A stretch of 32,000 nucleotides of DNA from Candidatus Saccharimonadota bacterium (lineage in GTDB: Bacteria; Patescibacteriota; Gracilibacteria; UBA4473), in assembly GCA_965228485.1 (NCBI GenBank), contig OZ245819.1, positions 870,001 to 902,000 on the forward strand, written 5' to 3'. Within the stretch, counting starts at the first letter, position 1; every line of letters starts with the position of its first letter. Below, in pieces: positions 16,840 to 25,260 of this stretch. The notes under the pieces are model-generated. The model ran no database searches. It was not told where the DNA came from and saw nothing but the letters and a program-made list of their open reading frames with translations. The position numbers were made by a program, and so were the translations under genes.

Positions 16840-19800
16840 TATAGAACAGCCACTTTCTAAGCTTTGGACCTTTTTCCTGAATAGGTTTCGGGTAACGCTT
16901 CTTTTTGCTCTACTATTTTTTGTTTTTGGGCTTTTTGCTTATGAACAAATGCCACAAGAGAATGCTCCAGATGTAGAAATTCCAATGGTAATTGTAAGCA
17001 CTGTTTGGCCAGGAGCTACGGCCGAAGATGTTGAAAATTTGATCACAGAAAAAATTGAATCTGAGATTAAAAATATTGAGGGAATAAAAGAATATACCTC
17101 TACTTCTTCTCCAGGAATATCGAGTATTGTTGTGGAGTTTGAGATCGGAACCAACATGGTGGAAAATACCAATGATGTAAAGGATGCTGTTGATGATGCG
17201 AAGCCAAAACTTCCAGACTCGATTTTAGATGACCCAAACGTAGAAGAGGCGAACATTTCAAATATTCCGATTTTGACCTTAGCTTTATCTGGTGACTACT
17301 CTTATTCGCAATTAAAAAACTTTGCAGAAAGTTTATCTGATGAACTCGAAACGATTGATGGTGTTCGTGAGGCACGATTAACGGGAGTCCCGGATGAACA
17401 GTACCACTTCTATATTGATCCAATAAAACTTCAGGGGATGAATTTATCTCTTGATGAAGTATTGCAAAAGATAAGTATATCCCATCGAGACTTGCCTTTG
17501 GGGGCGGTTTCTGTAATGGGAGAGAGTGTAGATATTCGTGTAGCGGGTGAAATTGAGTCAGCGCAAGAGTTTATGTCTTTGCCGTTAGTGACTCGGGGTG
17601 GGCAAATTATACGGCTTGAAGATGTTGGGGAAATTCGTCGAGAGTTTGATACTCTGGAGGTAGAAAAATTTATTACTACAGGAAAACAAGCTGAAAGGTT
17701 TATTGCTATTGATGTTTTAAAGGCTGAAACAAAAACCAATGTTCCGAAGACCGTGGAGAATTCGCTGATAGCAATTGATAAATTTAGAGAGAAGGGATTA
17801 TTTCCTGAAAATTTAGAAATTACTACGATTTTTAATTCAGCTGAAGATATTGAAAAAAGCCTGGGACAACTTTTGGATAGTGGAACTCAGACGTTATTGG
17901 TTATTGTGATTGTGTTATTGGTGGCCCTCGGATGGAGAGAGGCCTTCTTGGCTTTTATTTCAGTTCCTTTAACTTTGCTGATTTCAATACTGGGGCTTTA
18001 TATTATGGGAGAAACCTTTAATTTCTTGTCTCTCTTTGCACTTGTTCTTGCTTTGGGGTTACTGGTTGATAACTCAATTATTGTGACGGAAGGGATTTCT
18101 GAGGGGATATTTATAAAGGGAAGAAAACCTTTGGATGCGGCACGTGATACATTAAGAAACTTTCGTTGGCCAATTATTACTGGGACGGCGACAACTATGT
18201 TCGCTTTTGCTCCGATGCTTTTTATGATTAGTGGGATTTCAGGAGAATACATTTCAGGAATTCCAAAGACGGTTATTTTGGTGCTGTCTTCCTCTTTGTT
18301 TGTTTCTCTTTTTATCCTTCCAGTATTTGGGGTTATGTTTTTCAGAATGTTTCCTCCACACGCACTTCGTGAATCAAAATGGATGTTTTTCTTTCGAGAA
18401 AAATATGATACTTTTATGACTTTTGTTTTGGAGAGAAGACTGAGAACTTATGGATTACTGGTAGCTTCTTTTGGGCTTATGTTCTTCTCTTTCTACCTGC
18501 CAGCTAGTGGGAAGGTTTCTGTGGATATTTTTCCTGCTGGAGATGAGAATTATTTTACCGCCTCAGTAGAAGCTCCGAGTGGAACCGATCTAGAAACAAT
18601 GAAAACATTTTTACCCGCTCTTAATGAGGTTTTTGTGCCTTATTTTGCAGAAGAAGATAAATGGTTAAAAAATATTGAAATATCTGTTGGTGCAAAATCT
18701 CAGTACGATCCAAATAATGATGGTCGAGATGGTGGTAATGGAACGGATGAAAATATAATTGGAATAACGATTAATCTCTTTGATAAAAGTGAGAGAAATA
18801 TTTCTTCTCGAGTATTAGCCCCTAAGGTTAAAGAGGATTTACTTTCTAGCCTTCCTGATTATTTAGAGATCAAGGTTACAGAGCTTGCTGCTGGTCCTCC
18901 AGGAGGTGATCAGCCGATTCAGGTTAAGATTATTAGTGATGATACCGAACGAGTACGAGAGCTTTCTCGTTTAGTGGAAGAAGGACTTTTGAAGATGAAA
19001 TATGAAGACTCTTTCTTAAAGAATATTCAGGATAATTTAGGAGATCCAGTACCGCAAATGGCCTGGAAGTTTGATCGAGAAAAACTAGATCGATATGGTC
19101 TGACTCCATCTCAGTTACAACAAACTCTTCGTGCTGGGGTACAAGGGGTTACAGTGTTAGAGCTAACAGAAAATGGTGATGAAGTTGATGTAGAAGCTCG
19201 TTTTGATTTCGAGGGGACAAGAGTTTGGAAAGACGCAGAATCACTCGATATAGTTTCACAGATTCCAATTAAAACTCCAGCGGGGAACTATATAAAACTT
19301 TCAGATGTTGCCGACTTTCAACTTATTGCTCAACAGACAAGATTTCGGCATTTAGATGGAAAACGAACCGTTACTATTGGGGCCCAAATTCAGGGAGATG
19401 CTACCGCGGCTCAATTCTCTGCTCAGCTGAAAGAGTTGGTAGAAGCATTACCAATTCAGGCGGGGGATGAAATCAAAATTGGGGGAGACAATGAAGAAAG
19501 TGAGCGATTGGTTAAGGAAATGGGAATGGCTATGTTATTAGCGGTTTTCCTTATTTTGGTGATCCTTGTATTGCAGTTTGATTCATTCTTACAATCAGGA
19601 GTTATTCTTATGCTCCTTCCACTCTCAATTATGGGGGTATTCCTTGGGTTTTGGATTTCAGGTACACCGATCTCATTTCCGACAATGATTGGGATTGTGG
19701 CCTTAGCGGGGATTATTGTGAATGATTCGATTGTTTTGATTGATAAGATTAATCACAACCAAAAACGTTTTGGAGATCGATTCCGGTCTTATATTGAGGC

Positions 19801-20044
19801 TGGGAAATCACGAATGCAGCCAATCTTTTTGACTTCAGTGACAACTATTTTTGGGATGTTGCCATTGGCTCTTTCTGATCCAATCTGGGAGGGGCTTGGT
19901 TTTGCGATTATTTATGGAATGACTCTCGCAACCTTCTTAACGGTTGTTTTGGTTCCATGTCTGTTGATCATGTATAAAGATATCAACGATGGAGTTGTTT
20001 GGCTTGTTCGTTGGCCGTTTAAATTTTTTAGGAGAAATGGCTAA
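16829..20044 (+). CDS. RND-superfamily efflux pump (AcrB/AcrD/AcrF-like), 12-TM inner-membrane component
   Basis: 1071 aa with the typical two-fold layout: TM1, large loop, a TM cluster (LALGLLVDNSIIVTEG), second large loop, second TM cluster (ALAGIIVNDSIVLIDKIN). Conserved VDN/VND motifs lie in TM4 and TM10. Confidence 0.9.
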   Translation: MSNNIEQPLSKLWTFFLNRFRVTLLFALLFFVFGLFAYEQMPQENAPDVEIPMVIVSTVWPGATAEDVENLITEKIESEIKNIEGIKEYTSTSSPGISSIVVEFEIGTNMVENTNDVKDAVDDAKPKLPDSILDDPNVEEANISNIPILTLALSGDYSYSQLKNFAESLSDELETIDGVREARLTGVPDEQYHFYIDPIKLQGMNLSLDEVLQKISISHRDLPLGAVSVMGESVDIRVAGEIESAQEFMSLPLVTRGGQIIRLEDVGEIRREFDTLEVEKFITTGKQAERFIAIDVLKAETKTNVPKTVENSLIAIDKFREKGLFPENLEITTIFNSAEDIEKSLGQLLDSGTQTLLVIVIVLLVALGWREAFLAFISVPLTLLISILGLYIMGETFNFLSLFALVLALGLLVDNSIIVTEGISEGIFIKGRKPLDAARDTLRNFRWPIITGTATTMFAFAPMLFMISGISGEYISGIPKTVILVLSSSLFVSLFILPVFGVMFFRMFPPHALRESKWMFFFREKYDTFMTFVLERRLRTYGLLVASFGLMFFSFYLPASGKVSVDIFPAGDENYFTASVEAPSGTDLETMKTFLPALNEVFVPYFAEEDKWLKNIEISVGAKSQYDPNNDGRDGGNGTDENIIGITINLFDKSERNISSRVLAPKVKEDLLSSLPDYLEIKVTELAAGPPGGDQPIQVKIISDDTERVRELSRLVEEGLLKMKYEDSFLKNIQDNLGDPVPQMAWKFDREKLDRYGLTPSQLQQTLRAGVQGVTVLELTENGDEVDVEARFDFEGTRVWKDAESLDIVSQIPIKTPAGNYIKLSDVADFQLIAQQTRFRHLDGKRTVTIGAQIQGDATAAQFSAQLKELVEALPIQAGDEIKIGGDNEESERLVKEMGMAMLLAVFLILVILVLQFDSFLQSGVILMLLPLSIMGVFLGFWISGTPISFPTMIGIVALAGIIVNDSIVLIDKINHNQKRFGDRFRSYIEAGKSRMQPIFLTSVTTIFGMLPLALSDPIWEGLGFAIIYGMTLATFLTVVLVPCLLIMYKDINDGVVWLVRWPFKFFRRNG

Positions 20045-20318
20045 ATTTGGAGGAGTTCCAGAACGTTTTAAGGCAGAAGGAATTTTTGTGAGTGGAATGG
20101 ATCGGGTGCTTCCAGGCGACTGGGTTGAGGCGAAAAGAGCGGTTGAAGGAACGATTGAGACCCTTGAAAAAGGGGTGCTATACCAGGTCGCATCGCTTAT
20201 TGTGGAGCCAAATGGAAATTTTAGACAGTTTTCAAAAAGACTTTCTTTGGTTGGGCATCAGGGCGATTTTAATCCCAAACGTTTTAAAAAAGTGTTAGAA
20301 TCTGAAAGTGAAAACTGA
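20037..20318 (+). CDS. hypothetical small protein (start uncertain)
   Basis: ORF 19989-20318. The first 16 codons overlap the end of the RND gene, so I prefer the ATG at 20037 (MAKFGGVPERFKAEG...), which sits next to an AGGAG at 20030-20034. Its stop overlaps the GTG start of the YigZ-like gene by 11 nt. No family recognised, and the coding status itself is moderately uncertain. Confidence 0.4.
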   Translation: MAKFGGVPERFKAEGIFVSGMDRVLPGDWVEAKRAVEGTIETLEKGVLYQVASLIVEPNGNFRQFSKRLSLVGHQGDFNPKRFKKVLESESEN

Positions 20319-20730
20319 TCAGTCCAGAATAGATTTTTTAGATGGGAATACTTTTGACTCAGAATTTTTACTATTTGAAAATATTATCGTTGATCGAGGT
20401 TCTAAATACTCGGTGAGTGGAGGGACTATTCAGAATCGAGAGGAAGCTAAAGCGTTTCTAAAACGGCTTAAATCAGATAAGAAGTATGCAAAAGCTACCC
20501 ATAACACCTGGGCGGCACGGATAAGTAAGAGTGGACAGATTTGGGAAACCAAAAACGATGATGGAGAAACGGGTGCGGGGGCAGTAATTCTCCGAATTTT
20601 ACAAAAAGAAAACTATACCAACTGTATTGTGGTGGTGACGCGCTGGTTTGGAGGAACTTATCTTGGAACAGATCGTTATAAACATGTTCAAGAGGCGACT
20701 AAGTATCTGATTCTAAATCAGGAAGGGTAG
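20308..20730 (+). CDS. IMPACT/YigZ-family (UPF0029) N-terminal domain protein
   Basis: VDRGSKYSVSGGTIQNREEAKAFLKRLKSDKKYAKATHNTWAARI ... DDGETGAGAVILRIL ... VVVTRWFGGTYLGTDRYKHVQEA matches the conserved IMPACT/YigZ core (KSRF.., A.H...A...., DDGEP.GTAG.P.L, VVV.RYFGG.KLG). At 140 aa it lacks the usual C-terminal DUF1949 domain. GTG start. Confidence 0.75.
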   Translation: MKTDQSRIDFLDGNTFDSEFLLFENIIVDRGSKYSVSGGTIQNREEAKAFLKRLKSDKKYAKATHNTWAARISKSGQIWETKNDDGETGAGAVILRILQKENYTNCIVVVTRWFGGTYLGTDRYKHVQEATKYLILNQEG

Positions 20731-20733
20731 TAA

Positions 20734-21006
20734 TTATTGGAATTGGAAAGCTTCAATCCCCACCTCGTCTTCAGGGCCTAAGCCTTGCACTACTAAAAAG
20801 TTCCACCAAGAAACAATTTCCTGAGGGGTTGCATGAAGATCTCTGTCTCCAGGGGTTAGTCCAGCTTCTTTCATTTTTTTTGCCACAAAGTCTCGAAGCC
20901 TTAATCCATCTGGAGTTGGTTCTCCGTTTGGGAGTTTTGGCTTGAGAATTTCTTCTGAAATATCTTGTAAAGTTAGTTTTTCATTGGGTGGTTGTAATGT
21001 TTCCAT
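20734..21006 (-). CDS. hypothetical small protein
   Basis: 90-aa ORF, convergent with the YigZ-like gene (3-nt gap) and 19 nt downstream of the 21026-21424 ORF. No family recognised. Confidence 0.45.
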   Translation of the reverse strand: METLQPPNEKLTLQDISEEILKPKLPNGEPTPDGLRLRDFVAKKMKEAGLTPGDRDLHATPQEIVSWWNFLVVQGLGPEDEVGIEAFQFQ

Positions 21007-21025
21007 GGTTTTTTAGGGATTATTT

Positions 21026-21424
21026 TTAATCAGTATCGAGTCCAAATCTCCTTCTAATTTTAGCTTTTTGAGACTTTGAGCGGTTACATTTTATCTCAAT
21101 TTCACTTTGAAGAGATGTTTTCAATCTTGATAGCAGTTTTTTCTCTTTTTCAGAAACTCGCCCCCTTTTGGGGCGAATGTCTCCAAATCCTTTTACTCTT
21201 TTTCTTAGGTATTTGACAGCTTCTTCCATTGTCGATTCACCTTTTTTTAGATGGTGCAAGAATTGTATAGCCATCATTTTCTCTCTAACATCGGGAGACT
21301 CTAGCTGATTCCTCACAATTTCTTTAGAATTGGCAATGAGTTCTTCCATGAATTCATCTTCTTCACTGAGATTTTCAGACTCTGATGGATCGTCGAAATG
21401 TTCTTCGATTGATAGCTCTGTCAT
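21026..21424 (-). CDS. hypothetical protein with acidic N-terminus and basic C-terminus
   Basis: 132-aa ORF. The N-terminal third is D/E-rich (EEHFDDPSESENLSEEDEFMEE). The C-terminal third is K/R-rich (RKRVKGFGDIRPKRGRVSEKEKK...KAKIRRRF). Divergent from the Elp3-like gene. No family recognised. Confidence 0.5.
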   Translation of the reverse strand: MTELSIEEHFDDPSESENLSEEDEFMEELIANSKEIVRNQLESPDVREKMMAIQFLHHLKKGESTMEEAVKYLRKRVKGFGDIRPKRGRVSEKEKKLLSRLKTSLQSEIEIKCNRSKSQKAKIRRRFGLDTD

Positions 21425-21503
21425 TATTTTCTTTTTACAATTTTTTACGCCTTTGTCAAAAACTTTACTTTTTTAGTGTTTCTAATAGATTCGAAGCCTC
21501 AAT

Positions 21504-23213
21504 ATGAAGCAAGTAAAAGTTTTTGGAGCGAGACAAAAAGTTAACCACCCAGAAAAGGTGGAGATGTTTTTGAAAGAGCTCATTAAAAATCCTCCAAAAT
21601 CTGCAAAGAAACTCGAGCAATTGAAGTATGAGTTTTCTGCAAGAGAGGCCATCTCTACTATTCAAAATAGGGAAATTATAGCGGTAGCAAAAACTCAAAA
21701 TTATGAACTTCCATCCATTTTGGAACAAATATTGCAGAAGCGTTCTGTGCGAACCATTTCAGGGGTTTCTCCTATTGGTATTTTGACTAAGCCTTATCCG
21801 TGTCCAGGAAAGTGTGTCTACTGTCCAACTGAGGACCGAATGCCTAAAAGCTATATGTCGAATCAGCCAGCGGCGGCTCGAGCGGTTCGGAATAAATTTC
21901 ACCCTTATAAACAGGTTTATAATCGTATTCTTGCGTTAGAAGAATCTGGTCATCCGACTTCTAAGTTGGAAATAATTGTTATGGGAGGGACCTGGAGTTT
22001 TTTGCCACATAAGTATCAGAGTTGGTATGTAAAAAAATGTTTTGATGCTGCCAATGAATTTGGAATGACCGATAAAGAAAAACAATCTTATCGAAAAGTA
22101 GCAACGAGCCTTAAAAAATCACAAGATTGGAATCAGAGTGCAAAACATCGGATTATTGGTCTCACACTGGAAACTCGTCCTGATTTTATTTCAGAGAGGG
22201 AGTTGGTGAGAATGAGGCGTTATGGATGTACGCGTATTGAGATCGGAGTACAGACTTTGAATGATGAAATTTCAAAACTTACCAAGCGAGGACATCTGAC
22301 AAAGCATGTAGTAAAAGCTCAAAAATTAATGAAAGATTTTGGGTTTAAAGTTTGTTGGCATCTAATGCCAGGGCTGCCTGGATCGACACCTGAAAATGAT
22401 CTGGAATGGATGAAGGAAGTTTTTGAAAATCCAGATATGAGGCCTGATTTTATTAAAATTTATCCGTGTGTAGTACTGGAGACAGCGGAACTTAAAGAAT
22501 GGTGGGAAGATGGTAGATATCAGCCTTATAGAGATACGGAACTGGTGAAGCTTCTGACTCAGTTTCAGGCTTTTGTTCCAGAGTGGACACGAATTATGCG
22601 TTTGATGAGAGATATTCCTGTGAGCAATATTTTAGATGGAGCAAAGTTTTCTAATCTTCGACAGATTTTGAAGGATCAGCCAGAAAAATTAAAAGAATTG
22701 GTGGGAGAAGATTTTTACAATGAACACAATCTTGCTGAGAAGAGCTATATTTTTCGGGATATTCGCGCTAGAGAAGTTGGGTTTGCTGATTTTGAAAAAT
22801 ATCCAAAACTGCTCCAGTCCGAGCCAAAGCTTGTTCGGAGGGACTATAAAGCCAGTGATGGAGACGAGGTGTTTTTGAGTTTTGAAGATGAGAAAGAAGA
22901 ACATTTATTTGCTCTATTGAGATTAAGAAAGCCCAGTGGACAGAGATTTTCTCACTTTAGTTCTGTATTTAATGATTCAGCTTTTATACGGGAGGTTCAT
23001 TCTTATGGTGGAGAGATGTCTGTTGGAGAAGGAACGGGGTTGGGACAACATCGTGGACTTGGAAAAAGAATGATTGAGGAGGCGGAACGTATTGTGAAGG
23101 AGGAGTGGGGAATGAAAAAAATAGCTATTATTGCTGGTGTTGGAACTCGTGAATATTATGAGAAATGGGGTTATGAACTGAAAAGTACTTATATGACAAA
23201 AACGATAAAATAA
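21504..23213 (+). CDS. elp3: Elp3-type radical SAM / GNAT acetyltransferase (tRNA U34 carboxymethyl-modification enzyme family)
   Basis: Radical-SAM cluster motif PCPGKCVYCP (CxxxCxxC) is followed by the Elp3 core (IIVMGGTWSF, IIGLTLETRPD, GCTRIEIGVQTL, CWHLMPGLPG, IKIYPCVV). A C-terminal GNAT domain carries the acetyl-CoA loop QHRGLGKRMIEEAE. 569 aa, similar in size to archaeal and eukaryotic Elp3. Confidence 0.85.
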   Translation: MKQVKVFGARQKVNHPEKVEMFLKELIKNPPKSAKKLEQLKYEFSAREAISTIQNREIIAVAKTQNYELPSILEQILQKRSVRTISGVSPIGILTKPYPCPGKCVYCPTEDRMPKSYMSNQPAAARAVRNKFHPYKQVYNRILALEESGHPTSKLEIIVMGGTWSFLPHKYQSWYVKKCFDAANEFGMTDKEKQSYRKVATSLKKSQDWNQSAKHRIIGLTLETRPDFISERELVRMRRYGCTRIEIGVQTLNDEISKLTKRGHLTKHVVKAQKLMKDFGFKVCWHLMPGLPGSTPENDLEWMKEVFENPDMRPDFIKIYPCVVLETAELKEWWEDGRYQPYRDTELVKLLTQFQAFVPEWTRIMRLMRDIPVSNILDGAKFSNLRQILKDQPEKLKELVGEDFYNEHNLAEKSYIFRDIRAREVGFADFEKYPKLLQSEPKLVRRDYKASDGDEVFLSFEDEKEEHLFALLRLRKPSGQRFSHFSSVFNDSAFIREVHSYGGEMSVGEGTGLGQHRGLGKRMIEEAERIVKEEWGMKKIAIIAGVGTREYYEKWGYELKSTYMTKTIK

Positions 23214-23304
23214 TATATTTGATAAAATTGACTTTGATCTTCTAGAAAGAGTTTCTGATTTGAATGAGAGTGTTGTTGATGTCTCAATACTTTAGGGTAT
23301 TATA

Positions 23305-24459
23305 ATGCTCCGAATGCCAGCATCTAAAAAGTTTCAGAAATCATTGTTGTCTATGCAGGGCTCTGCGCTTTTTGGTCAGGCTTTAATTGGAATATTTTTT
23401 CCCTTCTTTGTTCAGAGAAGTTATGAATTGACCGATTACGAAACAATCCTCTGGTTTGGAGCCTTGCATGGAGCTATGGCGTTAGTTATTTTTCCACTCA
23501 ATTTTTATGGGGTGAAGTACTTAGGGCTTAGAAGGCTGGTTCAGCTTGGAATATTTTTTCAGACCGTTTTTTATGCTATTTTAGGGCTTGGATTAAGCGA
23601 TGCGGTGAGCTTTGGGGTATTGAATTTATCTTTTGTGTTGTTTATATGCTTATTTTGGCCAGGGTTTAACTTTTTATCAGCCTTAGCAACAAAAGATGGA
23701 ACCAGGGGAAATTATTTTGCTAATTTTCAGATTTTGGCTGTAGGAGTGAATTTGGTGGCTCCGGTTTTAACTGGGTTCTTATTTGAGTTTAATCAGGAGC
23801 GATGGTCAATTACCCTGGCTATGTTGTTTTTCTTAATTTCAATGTTGTTGATTGAAAAAGTACCTAAAACAGGAGCTCAGGTGGGGACTTCTCGGGATAT
23901 TTTAACAGTCTTGAAAAAGGTGTTTTTTGGACCAAAGTTTCCAGCATTTTTTGCTGATATGGCTTTGGGAATGACGATGTGGATTTGTTGGCCGTTGTAT
24001 TTTAAGGTTGTGGTGGGGAAATTTAGTGTAATGGGGCTTATTACGGCTGTTATGGCAGGATTGGAGGTTTTTACTTCAAAGTTTTTCGGGCGGTTATCTG
24101 ATAAAATTTCTGCTAAAAAGGTTTTAGTGTACGGGGTATGGGCGAGGTGTATCGATTTATGTTTACGTGCTGTTTATATGAAATTCTCCGGTTTGTACGT
24201 TGTACTTGGAATTCAGGCCGTGGGATCGGTACTTGGACCACTTTTTCAAACGGCGGCTGGTCCTCGGCTTTTTGAGGTAGGAGAAGAATCAGGCTACAGT
24301 CTCCTTGATTATATTTTGGCTCGAGAAATATTTTTGGGAATGTTTCGAGTCTTGTGGTGTGCCTTGGCTGGTGGAGTAGTCTTTTACTTTGGGACTATTG
24401 CACTGGGATGGATATTTATTTTAGCGGGATTAATGGCTTTTGGTTTTCGACGGTTATAA
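23305..24459 (+). CDS. MFS-like transporter (about 10-12 TM)
   Basis: 384-aa hydrophobic ORF. A motif-A-like loop GRLSDKISAKKVL lies in the second half. The overall repeated six-helix-type layout fits MFS. Substrate unknown. Confidence 0.55.
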   Translation: MLRMPASKKFQKSLLSMQGSALFGQALIGIFFPFFVQRSYELTDYETILWFGALHGAMALVIFPLNFYGVKYLGLRRLVQLGIFFQTVFYAILGLGLSDAVSFGVLNLSFVLFICLFWPGFNFLSALATKDGTRGNYFANFQILAVGVNLVAPVLTGFLFEFNQERWSITLAMLFFLISMLLIEKVPKTGAQVGTSRDILTVLKKVFFGPKFPAFFADMALGMTMWICWPLYFKVVVGKFSVMGLITAVMAGLEVFTSKFFGRLSDKISAKKVLVYGVWARCIDLCLRAVYMKFSGLYVVLGIQAVGSVLGPLFQTAAGPRLFEVGEESGYSLLDYILAREIFLGMFRVLWCALAGGVVFYFGTIALGWIFILAGLMAFGFRRL

Positions 24460-24494
24460 AAAAAATTCCAGGAAGAATCCTGAAATTATATTAA

Positions 24495-24579
24495 TGGTGG
24501 GCAGAGAGGGATTCGAACCCCCGAAGACAGAGTCGGCTGATTTACAGTCAGCTGCGTTTGGCCACTTCGCTATCTACCC
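24495..24579 (-). tRNA. tRNA-Tyr(GUA): tRNA-Tyr (anticodon GUA), class II with long variable arm, CCA encoded
   Basis: Minus-strand sequence: GGGTAGATAGCGAAGTGGCCAAACGCAGCTGACTGTAAATCAGCCGACTCTGTCTTCGGGGGTTCGAATCCCTCTCTGCCCACCA. Acceptor stem GGGTAGA/TCTGCCC. Anticodon stem GCTGA/TCAGC with loop CT-GTA-AA. About 14-nt variable arm. T-loop GGTTCGAATCC. Discriminator A followed by CCA. Confidence 0.93.
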
Positions 24580-24700
24580 ATCGTCGCTGATGACTTCATA
24601 TTTTTTAAAAATTTTATAAATTTTTTCAAATTATTTCGTCATTTGCTCCTCTCCTCATAAAAGCGCGCTTCGCTCTCCGCTTTTATTCGGTTAAGAACGC

Positions 24701-24729
24701 AAAAAATAGCGAATCCGAGTGTAATTCGC
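24701..24729 (-). terminator. candidate intrinsic terminator downstream of the SpoU-family methyltransferase gene
   Basis: The minus strand reads GCGAAT-tacactcgg-ATTCGC followed by TATTTTTTG. It begins about 28 nt after the stop at 24757. A second A-tract/stem/T-tract hairpin (AAAAGCG...CGCTTTT, about 24659-24685) follows, before the tRNA-Tyr promoter region. Confidence 0.5.
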
Positions 24730-24756
24730 TTATGAGAAAAGTCAATATTTACTTTG

Positions 24757-25200
24757 TTACAATCGGTATAGGGCAATCCCTGTTGCAATGGAGACGTTAA
24801 GAGACCCCTTTTGTCCGTGCATAGGAATTTCTAGCTGAGTATCGGATAAACTTAGTAGCTCAGAGGTTATTCCTTCTACTTCATTACCGACAATGAGTGC
24901 GACCTTTTCTGTTTTTTTGTTATATTCCAAAAGGTTTTCAGATTGACTGGTTTGCTCTAAAGCTAAAATAGTAAATCCTTCTTCTTTTAATTTTTCAATA
25001 CATTCACTTGGGTGAGGATAATGTTCCCATTTAATAAATTCTTCTGCTCCTAGGGAGACTTTCTCTATTCGTCTATCAGGCGGACATCCTGTATAGCCTG
25101 TAAGGTAGATCTTTTCCCAACCAGCACCATCGGCGGTTCTGAAAATAGAACCAACGTTATGGAGGGATCGAATGTTTTCTAGAACAATAACTTTTGTCAT
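24757..25200 (-). CDS. SpoU/TrmH-family (SPOUT) RNA 2'-O-methyltransferase, minimal single-domain form
   Basis: 147 aa with the three SpoU motifs: LENIRSLHNVGSIFRTADGAG, LIVGNEVEGIT and IPMHGQKGSLNVSIATGIALY. The target (tRNA or rRNA) is not deducible. Confidence 0.8.
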   Translation of the reverse strand: MTKVIVLENIRSLHNVGSIFRTADGAGWEKIYLTGYTGCPPDRRIEKVSLGAEEFIKWEHYPHPSECIEKLKEEGFTILALEQTSQSENLLEYNKKTEKVALIVGNEVEGITSELLSLSDTQLEIPMHGQKGSLNVSIATGIALYRL

Positions 25201-25211
25201 GGTGTTAGTAT

Positions 25212-25241
25212 ATAAAAAAAATCCCGCTACGGCGGGATTTT
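25212..25241 (-). terminator. intrinsic terminator after rpmB (hairpin flanked by A and T tracts, potentially bidirectional)
   Basis: The minus strand reads AAATCCCGC-cgta-GCGGGATTT followed by TTTTTTAT, about 20 nt downstream of the rpmB stop (25261). Confidence 0.7.
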
Positions 25242-25260
25242 ATAATATTTTTAGATTTAA

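Noticed and set aside
21465-21728. 87-aa minus-strand ORF spanning the elp3 start region.
   Set aside because: It overlaps the first 225 nt of the well-supported Elp3 ORF on the opposite strand. It has no recognisable features and a Cys/Phe/Leu-rich shadow-like composition.
24580-24700. Non-coding stretch upstream of tRNA-Tyr, considered as a possible small RNA.
   Set aside because: It is explained by a second terminator-like hairpin (AAAAGCG...CGCTTTT, about 24659-24685) and an AT-rich promoter-like segment for the tRNA (minus strand TTGAAA at 24629-24624, 16 nt spacer, TAAAAA). There is no additional conserved structure that I can recognise.
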